A DNA stretch of 64,000 nt from Spirochaetales bacterium (GTDB lineage: Bacteria > Spirochaetota > Spirochaetia > JABEVK01). The DNA is taken from the NCBI GenBank assembly GCA_037142615.1, contig JBAXAI010000012.1, positions 26,415 through 90,414 on the forward strand. Direction: 5' to 3'. The position numbers and the translations under genes are program-made. Of this stretch, positions 1 to 9,792 are shown piece after piece. The notes under the pieces are model-generated. The model was not told the origin of the DNA. It saw nothing but the letters and a program-made list of their open reading frames with translations, and did not search any database. The first letter of the stretch is position 1, and every line of letters begins with the position of its first letter.

Positions 1-198
1 TACTACGCCAAGAGTGGCCTGCTGTTCCGGCAAATGGTGCTGTCGGGGTACTCGACGCTCGCGGGGCGCCTGCGGGCCACCAACCTCGAAATGACCAGCC
101 TCGACAAAAAGGGCACCAAGACCATCCTGCACATCGATTCGATGGACGAAAAGCCTCTGCCCGACAGCCTGTTCAACCTGACGAACCTGACCAAGTGA
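1..198 (+). CDS. 3' end of an upstream CDS (partial, C-terminal 65 aa; frame 1 open from window edge to TGA at 196-198)
   Basis: Open frame from position 1 with no stop until 196-198. Stop overlaps GTG of next gene (GTGA). No recognisable motif. Confidence 0.3.
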   Translation, partial: YYAKSGLLFRQMVLSGYSTLAGRLRATNLEMTSLDKKGTKTILHIDSMDEKPLPDSLFNLTNLTK

Positions 199-1427
199 GG
201 TGTGCCACGCGTGTTTCTCTTTGCCGTGCGGTGGCTACTTTGGGGGCTGTGTTGACGGCTGGCTGGGCTGCCGCTGAGGCTCCGACGCAACCCGCCTTTC
301 AATTGTTGGGCAACGTGAGCCAGAAACTTTCGTGGGTAGGGACCTCCTGGGACACCGGAGCCACCTCGAGTTGGGGCTTTACGGCGGGGCTCAGGCCGCA
401 GTTTACCGATGGGCCGTTTCACTTTGTCGCCGACACCACTTGGACTCTGCCGCTCACCGGTAGTCTGGTTTCGGTGGCGCCGACGGTGTCGGTGCCCGAG
501 GCCTACGCAAGGCTGACGCTGACCGACAACCTTGACGTGACCTTTGGCCAGAAGCGCCTCGCGCTCGGCGTGGGCCAAACGGTGACCGTGGCGGATTCGC
601 TGAACCCCACCGTCGGGTTCTTTGACCAGAAGACCGGCTTCCGTGGCTTCACGGCCGAATGGAGCCCGACCACCTGGGCCTCGGTGTCGGCGGCGGCTTC
701 GACCGAAAGCGGTCGGCTCGACGACTGGGCCGGCGCCGGTCAGGTCAGCCTGCTCGCGGGCGGGGTGCAGGCGGTCGCGTCGTTGGTAGCCCGCGAGGCC
801 AAAACCTTCCGGCCCGCGCTGGGAGTCACCTACGACCTGTTCGGCTTCATCTTGAGCGCCGAGGGCGCGGCCGAGTACCTGCCCCAAGTGATCAGGCCCT
901 CTGGTCCGTGGGGCTCGGCGACGGCTTTGAGTTCCTGGTCGGCTCCGGCGGCGTGGACTGCGCCGGCCTTTTCCGGAAGCGCAGGCGCCCGCTACGCCCT
1001 GACCCTGGGTGACTTCGACCTCACAGTGTCGGCCGAGGCGCTCCACGCTGGCGAAAGCTTCACGGTCGACGAAACCACCGCGTGGAAAGAGGCCTTGGCG
1101 GCGGCTACGGTGGCGCATCAGGCGGCCGTACTCGGGGCCTTGGCCGCGCTTCGGGGTACGCTTCCCTTGCGCAGCCAGGACAACGCGTTCTTCCGGGTCT
1201 CGCTGGGGTACGCCGGTGAAGCCGCCGTGTCGAGTTTTGCCGCCGTCGATTTGCAGGACCACAGCACGTTGTTTCAAGCCAGCGCCACCTGGACCCTCGT
1301 CGACAACCTCGATCTGACCCTGGGAGGCCAGGCGACTTCGGGCGACGCTGGCGACAGTTGGGAGTTCGTCGTTCCGGCCGACAAGAGCCGCTTTCTCGTC
1401 TCTTTTGCGACCACCTACCACTTTTGA
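195..1427 (+). CDS. secreted / outer-membrane-like hypothetical protein (signal peptide, Ala/Thr/Ser/Gly-rich, C-terminal ...TTYHF aromatic terminus)
   Basis: 410-aa ORF, GTG start overlapping upstream stop. N-terminal hydrophobic signal-like segment (AVATLGAVLTAGWAAAEAP). C-terminal Phe typical of beta-barrel OMPs. Directly upstream of ABC/FtsX genes. Confidence 0.5.
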   Translation: MRCATRVSLCRAVATLGAVLTAGWAAAEAPTQPAFQLLGNVSQKLSWVGTSWDTGATSSWGFTAGLRPQFTDGPFHFVADTTWTLPLTGSLVSVAPTVSVPEAYARLTLTDNLDVTFGQKRLALGVGQTVTVADSLNPTVGFFDQKTGFRGFTAEWSPTTWASVSAAASTESGRLDDWAGAGQVSLLAGGVQAVASLVAREAKTFRPALGVTYDLFGFILSAEGAAEYLPQVIRPSGPWGSATALSSWSAPAAWTAPAFSGSAGARYALTLGDFDLTVSAEALHAGESFTVDETTAWKEALAAATVAHQAAVLGALAALRGTLPLRSQDNAFFRVSLGYAGEAAVSSFAAVDLQDHSTLFQASATWTLVDNLDLTLGGQATSGDAGDSWEFVVPADKSRFLVSFATTYHF

Positions 1428-1437
1428 GGAGCCAACC

Positions 1438-2136
1438 ATGCCCGAGACCATTCTCGCCGTAAGGGACGTGACAAAAGACTACCAACTGGGCAAAACGGTC
1501 ATACCGGCCCTCAAGGGGGTGAGCTTCGACATCCACGAAGGCGAGTTCCTATCAATCGTGGGCCCCTCGGGCTGCGGCAAGTCGACCCTGCTCAACCTCA
1601 TTGGATGCATCGACAAGGCCACGAGCGGCTCGGTGACGTTTCAGGGGACAGACCTCGCCACGCTCAACGACGATCAGGAGGCCGAGATCCGCCTCAACCA
1701 GATCGGCTTCATCTTTCAGAGTTTCAACCTTGTCTCGGTGCTCAACGTGATCGAGAACATCGAGTTTCCCCTGCTGATGAACAAAGTGCCCCGTGCCGAG
1801 CGCCGTGCCATCGTGGACCATCTCGTGGAAGTTGTCGGGCTCGGAGAGTTCATTCGCCACCGACCCGACGAGCTTTCGGGCGGCCAGCGTCAGCGGGTGG
1901 CCATCGCGCGGGCCCTGGTGAATCGGCCCAGGCTGGTGATCGCCGATGAACCCACGGCCAACCTCGACAGCGAAACCTCGGCCACCGTCATGGAGGCGAT
2001 GAAGCGGCTGAACGAGGAAGACAAGGTCAGCTTCATCTTCAGCACTCACAACGAGTTGATTGAACGTTACGCCCGACGCGTCATCCGCCTGAAGGACGGC
2101 CGCATCGTAGGCGACACCGCCCCCGGAGAACACTGA
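1438..2136 (+). CDS. ABC transporter ATP-binding protein, MacB/LolD-like
   Basis: Walker A GPSGCGKST, signature LSGGQRQRVAIARAL, Walker B LVIADEPT. GGAGG RBS 7 nt upstream of ATG at 1438. Confidence 0.9.
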   Translation: MPETILAVRDVTKDYQLGKTVIPALKGVSFDIHEGEFLSIVGPSGCGKSTLLNLIGCIDKATSGSVTFQGTDLATLNDDQEAEIRLNQIGFIFQSFNLVSVLNVIENIEFPLLMNKVPRAERRAIVDHLVEVVGLGEFIRHRPDELSGGQRQRVAIARALVNRPRLVIADEPTANLDSETSATVMEAMKRLNEEDKVSFIFSTHNELIERYARRVIRLKDGRIVGDTAPGEH

Positions 2137-2137
2137 G

Positions 2138-3364
2138 GTGTTTGCCAAGCTTGCGCTGCTGAACATCCTCAAACACGCCAAACGCTCGGCGGTGGTGTTT
2201 GGAGCTGTAGCCGTGGCCGTGGTTGTGCTGACCATCGCCGGAGGGGTGATTCGCGGCCTTTCGGACACCGTGCTGGCATCGATCATCCCGACGGCCGGCC
2301 ACGTGGTGATCACCGAGGCCGCCGCCCAAGATGCCGCTAACCCGCTGGATCTGAAGTACCTGATTCCCGGTGCCGAGGAACTCTTGGCCACGCTTCACGA
2401 CGAGAGGATTGCCGTCGCCGAGACCATCCTAACCTTTCCGGCCCTCCTGGTCGAACCGGTACCCGATTCGAAGAAAGAGGCCCGCAACGTGGGCCTGATG
2501 GGCCAAGGCGTGCGCCCCGACACGCGCTTTTTGAGCAGCGTCCGGGCCGGAATCACCGCAGGGAGCTTTTTGCCGGGGGGCCAGGGGGTCGCTCTTTCGA
2601 ACCGGGTGGCCAAGCTGCTGGGCGTCAGTCTGGGCGGCACCGTCATGGTGCTGACCACCGACAGGGGTAACAATCCCTGGTATCAGGAATTGCCCATCAC
2701 CGGCCTGTTCAACTCGGGCAGCGAACAGCTCGACCTGAACACCTTTGTGGTGAGCCAGGAGACCGCGCGCGAGCTGGTCGATGCTGCCGACATGAGCCGC
2801 GAAATCCGCATCTTGCTGAGGGATCCCGAGACCGCGCCCGCACTGGCTGCCGACTTGTCGAGGCAACTGGAGGGTCAGGGACTGCGGGTTCTCGACTGGC
2901 AACGGAACTTCGCGGCCGTGCTGACCATTGTCAAGTTCCTCGACATCCTGTTTGTCTTCATTCGCGTGTTTTTTGTCATTGTCGCGGGCTCGGTGATCAC
3001 CAACAGCATCCTGATGACGGTGTTCGAGCGCACGCGTGAGTACGGTACCCTGCGCGCCATCGGGCTCAAAAAGCGCCAACTGCGGGCGATGATCCTCACC
3101 GAAGGGGCCTTGCTGGGGGGCTTGGGCTCGCTGGCGGGGCTGGCCGTGGGCATTCCCCTGGTGCTGGTGATGTCGGTCGTGGGGCTGGATCTTGGCAGCG
3201 CCACCGAGTACGTCGGGTTTTCGAGCCGCATTTACCCGCTCTTTTCGGCGATCGACGGCGTGACCAACCTGGTGTTTGGTACCCTGATCGCGCTCGCCGC
3301 CAGTTGGTACGCGTCGCGGGTGTCGTCGCGCCTTTCGGTGAACCAACTGCTGAGCCACACCTAA
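2138..3364 (+). CDS. ABC transporter permease, FtsX/MacB-LolC/E family (N-terminal TM, large periplasmic domain, C-terminal 3 TM)
   Basis: 408 aa. GTG start 1 nt after ATPase stop. Typical FtsX C-terminal TM block (LRAIGLKKRQLRAMILTEG...). Confidence 0.85.
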   Translation: MFAKLALLNILKHAKRSAVVFGAVAVAVVVLTIAGGVIRGLSDTVLASIIPTAGHVVITEAAAQDAANPLDLKYLIPGAEELLATLHDERIAVAETILTFPALLVEPVPDSKKEARNVGLMGQGVRPDTRFLSSVRAGITAGSFLPGGQGVALSNRVAKLLGVSLGGTVMVLTTDRGNNPWYQELPITGLFNSGSEQLDLNTFVVSQETARELVDAADMSREIRILLRDPETAPALAADLSRQLEGQGLRVLDWQRNFAAVLTIVKFLDILFVFIRVFFVIVAGSVITNSILMTVFERTREYGTLRAIGLKKRQLRAMILTEGALLGGLGSLAGLAVGIPLVLVMSVVGLDLGSATEYVGFSSRIYPLFSAIDGVTNLVFGTLIALAASWYASRVSSRLSVNQLLSHT

Positions 3365-3377
3365 CCCCGGAGAAGCC

Positions 3378-4634
3378 ATGGAAATGTTCAACATCGCGCT
3401 GCGAAATGTGTTCCGAAATCCACGCCGAACGGCCCTGAACCTGGTGGCCATCGGCCTGGGCGTCACCATCATCCTCACGATGAAAGGCTGGGTCGGCGGC
3501 CTGTCGACTTCGGCCTACCAGACCCAGATCGACCTCGACACGGCGCACGTGCAGGTGCTCGATTCTCGCTACCAGGAAGAGGCCCGACGTCTGCCGCTCG
3601 ACCTGCGGCTAAGGAATTGGCCCGCCGTGAAAGCCGCGCTGGCCGAGTTGCCCGACCTGGTAGGCGCTGGTCCGCGCCTCGACTTCGCGGCGCAAATCAG
3701 CAACGGGGAGACGGCCCTGACCACCAGCGTCCGTGGGGTTGAGCCGGCCGACGAGGCAAAAACGAACACTGTTGCCCAGCAAATCACCTTGGGCACCTGG
3801 CTGACCGGCGATAACCAGGTGGTCCTCGGCTCGGGCTTGGCCCGGAAACTGAACCTGAACGTGGGCGACCAGGTGTTCCTGACCGCGCTCGACCAGTACG
3901 GGGTGCGCAACTTGGTCGACGCCTCGGTGGCGGGGATTTTTACTACCGGCTACGGCATCTTTGACGACGCGGTGGTGTACACCAGCCTCAAGAAGGCCCA
4001 GGACACGCTGGATCTGGGCCCAGGCGATGCGACCCGACTGGTGCTCAGGTTCCGCAATACAGACAATCTAGACCGGGACGTGGCACGGGTGAAGGCGGCC
4101 TTGGAAAAAGCCGGCCTGGTCCGCTCGGGAGATTCAAGCTTGAGCGTTTACCCGTGGCGTGAGTTCGCCAAGGGCCTGGTCGATACCATTGAGAGTCGGG
4201 TGGCGCTGATGATGGCCGGGCTGGGCCTTCTGGTGGTGCTGGTCACGATCGGCATCCTCAATTCGATGTCGATGGCGGTGCAAGAGCGCTTCCAGGAAAT
4301 CGGCACCTTGCGGGCCATCGGCATGAACCGGCGGCGCCTGAGCCAGATGTTCCTGCTCGAGGGGTTCTGTCTGGGGCTGGCCGGGGGATTGATCGGCATG
4401 ACGGCGGCGGCCCTCCTTGCTTGGGTGGGGGTTACCTATGGGGTCGACGCCCGGGGCTTTTTGCCGCGCGAGGTTCCCGTCCCGCTGGTAACGGTGCTCA
4501 GGCCCACCTACTGGATCACCGATTTTCCGCTCGCCGCGCTGGCCGCCGCCGGGTTGGCCACGCTGGGGTCACTTCTCCCCGCTCGTCGCGCGGGGCAAAT
4601 GGTGATCCGCGACGTGCTCGGCACCCACGTGTAG
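3378..4634 (+). CDS. ABC transporter permease, FtsX family (second permease)
   Basis: 418 aa paralogue of previous permease (LRAIGMNRRRLSQMFLLEGF...). Forms ATPase plus 2 permease module. Confidence 0.85.
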   Translation: MEMFNIALRNVFRNPRRTALNLVAIGLGVTIILTMKGWVGGLSTSAYQTQIDLDTAHVQVLDSRYQEEARRLPLDLRLRNWPAVKAALAELPDLVGAGPRLDFAAQISNGETALTTSVRGVEPADEAKTNTVAQQITLGTWLTGDNQVVLGSGLARKLNLNVGDQVFLTALDQYGVRNLVDASVAGIFTTGYGIFDDAVVYTSLKKAQDTLDLGPGDATRLVLRFRNTDNLDRDVARVKAALEKAGLVRSGDSSLSVYPWREFAKGLVDTIESRVALMMAGLGLLVVLVTIGILNSMSMAVQERFQEIGTLRAIGMNRRRLSQMFLLEGFCLGLAGGLIGMTAAALLAWVGVTYGVDARGFLPREVPVPLVTVLRPTYWITDFPLAALAAAGLATLGSLLPARRAGQMVIRDVLGTHV

Positions 4635-4647
4635 CGTCTGCCGTTCG

Positions 4648-5127
4648 TTACAGCAGCGAATCGAGCTTCTGCAGGGCCCAAAGCACCGCGGCTGACCGGA
4701 CAGCGGCCCGGTCTCCGGCAAAGTGGCAGCACTCGGTGGCCACGCGTCCGGCGACGCTCCACCCGAACCACACCGTGCCGACCGGCTTGTCGGCGCTTCC
4801 GCCCCCCGGACCGGCGATTCCCGTGGTCGCGACCGACACCTGGGTCCCCGCCAGGTGGCAGGCTTGCTGAGCCATCGCGGCTGCCACCTCGCCGCTCACG
4901 GCACCAAACTGAGTCACCAGATCGGCCGAGACCCCGAGCATCTGGGTCTTCGACTCGTTGGAGTAGGTGACAAAGCCCCGGTCGAACCAGTCAGACGAGC
5001 CGGGCACCTCGGTCAGAGCGTGCGCGAGGCCACCGCCGGTGCAACTTTCTGCCGTGGCCAGCAGCCAACCTCGGGTGCGGAGTTTCGTTCCCAGAGACTC
5101 GGCCAGGGCGTACGTGGGGGAGTTCAT
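4648..5127 (-). CDS. pncC: CinA C-terminal domain protein / NMN amidohydrolase PncC-like
   Basis: MNSPTYALAESLGTKLRTRGWLLATAESCTGGGLAHALT... matches the CinA-C (PncC) family N-terminus. ATG at 5127 chosen over the longer ORF start. Confidence 0.7.
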   Translation of the reverse strand: MNSPTYALAESLGTKLRTRGWLLATAESCTGGGLAHALTEVPGSSDWFDRGFVTYSNESKTQMLGVSADLVTQFGAVSGEVAAAMAQQACHLAGTQVSVATTGIAGPGGGSADKPVGTVWFGWSVAGRVATECCHFAGDRAAVRSAAVLWALQKLDSLL

Positions 5128-5185
5128 GGGCTCCAGTATAGCTTGCCGGTGGACGCGACGCCTCGTCTCACGTACTTTGAAGTCC

Positions 5186-5830
5186 ATGATTCGAACTTTG
5201 GAACGCAAACCCCTTGAGCCGTCGACCGGCAAGGCTCCCCTTCTCGTCTTTTTGCACGGATTCGGCTCGAACGAAGCCGACCTTTTTGGTCTCGCCGAGG
5301 CGTTTGATCCGCGCTTTCACGTGCTGTCGCTGCGGGCGCCGATGACGCTGAGCCCCCAGTCGTTCGCGTGGTTCATGGTCGACTTTACGCCCGAAGGTCC
5401 GCAACACGACGAAGCGGCCGCGACCAAGAGCCTTGGCCTGTTGGTGGAGTTTCTGGAAACGGCGCGAAAAACCCTGCCGATCGAAGCGTCGCAAGTGTAT
5501 CTGGTGGGCTTCAGCCAAGGGGCCATTTTGGCGACCAGCGTGTTGCTCACGCGCCCGGACCTGGTGGCGGGGGTGGTCGCGTGGAGCGGCAGGACCCTGC
5601 CCGAGGTCGTCCCCACGGCACCGGGCCCTGCGGCGCTGGCCGACAAGCCCATTCTGGTCGTCCACGGAACCGAGGACCGCACCCTGCCCATCCATCACGG
5701 GCGCGCCACCCGTGAGGCGCTGGCCAAACTCCCGGTCGAGCTGACCTACCAGGAGTTCGCCATGGGCCACGAGGTGACCGACGAAAGTCTCGAGTTCACC
5801 CGCGATTGGATGAACTCGAGGGTGAAGTAG
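5186..5830 (+). CDS. phospholipase/carboxylesterase family alpha/beta hydrolase
   Basis: 214 aa. LLVFLHGFGSNEAD, nucleophile elbow GFSQGA, HG...D/H catalytic arrangement typical of esterase/PLC family. ATG at 5186. Confidence 0.75.
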   Translation: MIRTLERKPLEPSTGKAPLLVFLHGFGSNEADLFGLAEAFDPRFHVLSLRAPMTLSPQSFAWFMVDFTPEGPQHDEAAATKSLGLLVEFLETARKTLPIEASQVYLVGFSQGAILATSVLLTRPDLVAGVVAWSGRTLPEVVPTAPGPAALADKPILVVHGTEDRTLPIHHGRATREALAKLPVELTYQEFAMGHEVTDESLEFTRDWMNSRVK

Positions 5831-8806
5831 CTACTGGTACAGCACGTAGGCGCTCAGCGGGTCGAGCTTGAGGGTACCGGTGGCGGTGCCGAGTTTGGCG
5901 GTGCCGGCGTTGGTCCCATTGGCAACGAGGGTCCAGTTTCCGGCGGGTAGCTTGTACGTGCCGGCGGCGGCCTTGCCATTGCTGACGAACAAAACGGTCT
6001 TCCAACTGTCGCCGATCTGTGTGCCGTCGACTGTGTAGCTGACGATGGGAGAGGCCGCCGAGGTCGGAGGAATGAACTTCAGCGCCGAGCGGATCTGCGC
6101 CGGGTCGTCCAGGCGGAACGCCGGGTGGGCCCGCCGAAGAGCGATCCAGCCCGCGTAGTAGTCGCTCACGGTCTTGTAGTCTTGCGCGCGCAGCCAGTCG
6201 AAACGGTTGACGGCGTCGCCGGAATTGTAGCTGTTGGCGTTGCCGCCCTTGGTGCGCCCGAGTTCGGCCCCGCCCTCGAGGAAGGGGATGCCCTGGGCCC
6301 CCAGGAGCATGGCCGCCGCCAGCCGGGCCGACTGCAAGCGCAAGGGGTCCTTGGCGGTGTAGAGCTTGTCGAACTTGTCCATGAGCGTCGAGTTGTCGTG
6401 GGCCGAGATGTAGTTGATCGTCTCGCGGGGGCTGGTGGCGAAGTCCTTGATGTTGCCGCCGAAGTCGAAGCTCCCGGCGAGCCCGCGCTGCACTTCCACC
6501 GGCGAGGTGGCGTTGCCCGTCACGTAGCCCTTGCGCGTGCCATCGAGGTCGCCGCGTAGCACGTTGCGGTAGTTGTCGTTGAACACCGCGAAGTTCATAC
6601 CCTTCTGTTCGCCCTTGCCAAAGCGGGTTGGACCACCGCCGGTCCAGGGCTCGCCGTACATCACAGCGTCGGGTCGAACGGCGCGGACGGCGTCGGCAAG
6701 GTCGCTCACGGTCTCTTTGGTGAACATGCCCACGAGGTCGAACCGAAAGCCGTCGACTTTGTACTCGTTCACCCAGTACAGGAGTGAGTCGCGGATGAAC
6801 TTGCGCACCATGGGGCGCTGGTCGTTCATGGAATTGCCGACGCCCGACTCGTTGAGCACCTTGCCGGCGTCGTCGGTGCGGAAGTAGTAGAACGGCACCG
6901 AGGCGTCGAAGGGCGAGGCATCACCCGAGACGGGCAGCGCGTGGTTGTATACGACGTCCATCACCAGGCGCAACCCGGCGGCGTGGAGGCCTTTCACCAT
7001 GGTTTTGACCTCGCCTATGGTCTGCACGCTGTCCTTGGGATTCGTGGCGTAGCGCGCATCGGGCACGTTGAACAGCGTGGTCTCGTAGCCCCAGTTGTAC
7101 TTGGCGGTATTCCCGGGGTTGAACTTCTGAAACGGAAGCACGTGCAGGTCGGTCACCCCGAGTTTGACGAGGTAGTCCAGGCCGGTGGGAGCGTTCTTTT
7201 TGCCCGGGACGCTGGTACCGCGCTGCACCAGCCCCAAGTAGGTACCACGGAGCGCGGAGTCGACCCCGCTGGACTCGTCGATGGTGAAGTCGCGCACGTG
7301 CACCTCGTACAGGATGGCGTCGGTGGTCTTGGCCAAAGGAGGAATCCTGGTGCTGGCCCAGCCTTCGGGATTGGTGGCGGCGAGATTGACGACCTGGGAA
7401 CGCTTGCCATCGAGGCTGGCGCCATAACCGTTCACGTCGGCAGCCACGCGGTCCTTGCCGTAGCTGTGGAAACGGTACTGGTAGTAGCGTCCGTCAAGGT
7501 CGCCCGGCACGGTGGCGCTCCAGGTGCCGGTGGCGTCGCGCTTGAGGTCGAGGCTCTTGCTGACCTCGCCGGCGGGGGTAAACGAAAGTTCGACGCGCAC
7601 GCGGTCGCTCACAGGGCTCCACACGGCGAAGGTGGTGCTTTCGGCGGAGTAGCGGGCGCCGAGGTCGGTCGCGGCGTGGTAATAGGTTGCCGCCGACAAA
7701 ACGTCGCGGGCGTAGACCGTGAACTCCTTTTCGCCAACCAGCAACTTCAGGGGCAGCGCGAGGTCGTCCAGCCCGAGCGATCGCGAGAGGGTGAGGTCGA
7801 GCGTGGCAGAAGGACCGGCCTTGGGCGGCGCAAAGGTCGGGGTCGGCGGCAGGCTAGCAGGGGCGAGGACCTCGGGGTTGTTGATCGAGTCGCGAAGCAG
7901 GCCCTTGGCCTTGTCGAACACGAAGCGGACAAGGGTGTTGTCGTTACCGGGCGCGGGGGCCGGAACCTGGAGGGTCAGGTTGTCGCCGCCGGGAGCGGCG
8001 TCCTTGCCCCAGTTCTTTTCCCAAGTGCCTCCCTGCGCGACTTTGTACTCGTAGCTGCCGGCCGGGAAAGCCGCGACGAACTCAAACACGCCGGGCGAGG
8101 TTTCCCACATGCGGGTGCTATCGCCGTTGGGATTCCACTCGACGCCGCCGAGAGCCGACTGCAGGGTGCCCGGCAGAGTGATCTTGTCGGGGTCGAGTCC
8201 CGCTCCCCCGGCTTGGACAGCGGTGACCGACGCCACCGGCAGCGGCTTGCCGTCGAGCGAGAGTTGCACCTGGCTCAGAACCGCCGAGGCCTCGACCGCA
8301 GCATCGAGCTTGACCCGGATCCGGTCGGCGGCGTCGAGAAAGGCGTTGCCGGGCAAGGGTTTAGCCGCGACAGGGGCCTTTTTGGGGGGCACCACGTCGG
8401 GGGCCTTTACCTTGTCGGGGTTGTTCAGCGAGTCAAACACGGTGTGGCTGTCTTCGCGGAAGACGAACTTGACGATGGTATCCGCGACCAGGACTTTGAG
8501 CGGAATATTGTCACCGTGGTCGGCGCCGTTCTTGCCGTAGTTGACGTCCCACGAACCGTTGATTGCCACTTTGTACTCGAAACTCCCCTTGGGGAGCTTC
8601 GCGACGAACTCCCACACACCGTCGCCGACGCTTTCCATGCGGGTGGTTTCGACATTGGTGTTCCACGCGGCGCCACCGAGGGCTACCTGAAGGGTGCCGG
8701 GGAGTTCCACACGCTCCACTTGGGCAGCCAGGCCTGGTGTGACAAAACTCAGCGTGACCAACCACAGCAGCAAGGCGAGCCTGCCCGCGACAACTCGGTT
8801 TTTCAT
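5831..8806 (-). CDS. pulA: pullulanase-type glycoside hydrolase family 13 enzyme with N-terminal tandem carbohydrate-binding modules and signal peptide
   Basis: 991 aa. Signal peptide. Two repeated CBM-like modules (GTLQVALGGAAWN... / GTLQSALGGVEWN...). GH13 catalytic motifs (VVYNH, GFRFDLVG, YGEPW, YISAHDN). Confidence 0.85.
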   Translation of the reverse strand: MKNRVVAGRLALLLWLVTLSFVTPGLAAQVERVELPGTLQVALGGAAWNTNVETTRMESVGDGVWEFVAKLPKGSFEYKVAINGSWDVNYGKNGADHGDNIPLKVLVADTIVKFVFREDSHTVFDSLNNPDKVKAPDVVPPKKAPVAAKPLPGNAFLDAADRIRVKLDAAVEASAVLSQVQLSLDGKPLPVASVTAVQAGGAGLDPDKITLPGTLQSALGGVEWNPNGDSTRMWETSPGVFEFVAAFPAGSYEYKVAQGGTWEKNWGKDAAPGGDNLTLQVPAPAPGNDNTLVRFVFDKAKGLLRDSINNPEVLAPASLPPTPTFAPPKAGPSATLDLTLSRSLGLDDLALPLKLLVGEKEFTVYARDVLSAATYYHAATDLGARYSAESTTFAVWSPVSDRVRVELSFTPAGEVSKSLDLKRDATGTWSATVPGDLDGRYYQYRFHSYGKDRVAADVNGYGASLDGKRSQVVNLAATNPEGWASTRIPPLAKTTDAILYEVHVRDFTIDESSGVDSALRGTYLGLVQRGTSVPGKKNAPTGLDYLVKLGVTDLHVLPFQKFNPGNTAKYNWGYETTLFNVPDARYATNPKDSVQTIGEVKTMVKGLHAAGLRLVMDVVYNHALPVSGDASPFDASVPFYYFRTDDAGKVLNESGVGNSMNDQRPMVRKFIRDSLLYWVNEYKVDGFRFDLVGMFTKETVSDLADAVRAVRPDAVMYGEPWTGGGPTRFGKGEQKGMNFAVFNDNYRNVLRGDLDGTRKGYVTGNATSPVEVQRGLAGSFDFGGNIKDFATSPRETINYISAHDNSTLMDKFDKLYTAKDPLRLQSARLAAAMLLGAQGIPFLEGGAELGRTKGGNANSYNSGDAVNRFDWLRAQDYKTVSDYYAGWIALRRAHPAFRLDDPAQIRSALKFIPPTSAASPIVSYTVDGTQIGDSWKTVLFVSNGKAAAGTYKLPAGNWTLVANGTNAGTAKLGTATGTLKLDPLSAYVLYQ

Positions 8807-8871
8807 GATTTCCTCCGTCGGCTTGCGTTACTAAACCGGTTCAGGAAGCGTAAGCCCAGTTCATCCGGCGG

Positions 8872-9792
8872 TCAACGGGAAAGCGTTGTTGTGGCAAGTT
8901 GCTCGCCGCTGGTGCCGAGCAAACGGACCTTGAGCGTGGTGGCGTCGTACTCCACAACGGCGAACCCCAGGGCGGCGCGACGAAACAGCGTGGGATTGCT
9001 CCCGTTGACGTGGGTCAGCGTGGCTCCCCCTCCCCCGGCGACGACCAGAAGTGGATGACCGGCGGCCGCCGCCATCAACTGCAAACCGTGGTCATGACCG
9101 GCCAGGTACAAGTCGGCGTGACCGGCGACGACCTCGTCGAAGAACGCCGCGAACGCTGGCGATTCGCCCGAGGCGTTGCCGTGAGGTCCGTTGGAAAGGT
9201 ACGGATGATGCCCCAAGACAATCTTCCAGCCCGACAACCCGGAGGTCGAGGACGTGGCAAGCCATCCGGTCACCGCAGTCTTTTGAGCGCCCGAAGCCTC
9301 CGGGTGCAGGCGCAAGGCGTTGGTGTCGAGCGCCACGAGAGTGCCGGCGCCAAAGGTTTGCCGGTAAAAGTGCGCCGGCATTTTCCAGGTGGGGGAGTAC
9401 AACGCATAGGCGAGCTGGTACTCGGCTTTGGCGGGTTCGTCGCCGGCGCCGTTGCCCCCATAGTCGTGGTTGCCGAGCACCGCGTACACCGGCAAGCCCC
9501 AGCTTCCGTAGAGGTCTTCGTACTTGGTCTTCCATTGCGGGTCGATCACCGAGGTCACACCCGAAGGGTAGAAGTTGTCACCGAGCAGGACGACAAAGTC
9601 GACTTTTTCGTGGCTCAGAAAGGTGTGGATGGCGGTGGCGACCAGAGCTTGGTCGGCTTCGCCGGTTCCGGTGTCGCCCACGGCCACGAAACGGACCAGT
9701 GGCTGGGGCACGGGTGCGGGTACAGCGCAGGACGAAGCGGAAACCAAGGCCCAGAGCAGGGCCAGGAGTGTCGTTCTGCGCGGGGCAGACAT
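8872..9792 (-). CDS. calcineurin-like metallophosphoesterase (purple acid phosphatase-like), secreted
   Basis: Signal peptide. Motifs GDTG, GDNFY, GNHDY, GHHP, GHDH characteristic of metallophosphoesterases. Start ATG overlaps upstream stop (ATGA). Confidence 0.8.
   Translation of the reverse strand: MSAPRRTTLLALLWALVSASSCAVPAPVPQPLVRFVAVGDTGTGEADQALVATAIHTFLSHEKVDFVVLLGDNFYPSGVTSVIDPQWKTKYEDLYGSWGLPVYAVLGNHDYGGNGAGDEPAKAEYQLAYALYSPTWKMPAHFYRQTFGAGTLVALDTNALRLHPEASGAQKTAVTGWLATSSTSGLSGWKIVLGHHPYLSNGPHGNASGESPAFAAFFDEVVAGHADLYLAGHDHGLQLMAAAAGHPLLVVAGGGGATLTHVNGSNPTLFRRAALGFAVVEYDATTLKVRLLGTSGEQLATTTLSR

Noticed and set aside
3-1451. Long antisense or alternative-frame ORFs throughout (e.g. 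3..1451-, 6941..9058+, 11310..13631+, 14558..16384+, 19106..20749+, 28616..30799+, 30832..32574+, 34180..35856+, 45312..46685-, 47938..49878+)
   Set aside because: Typical high-GC artefacts. They are Arg/Ala/Pro/Gly-rich and motif-free. Each fully overlaps a gene with clear family motifs on the other strand or frame.
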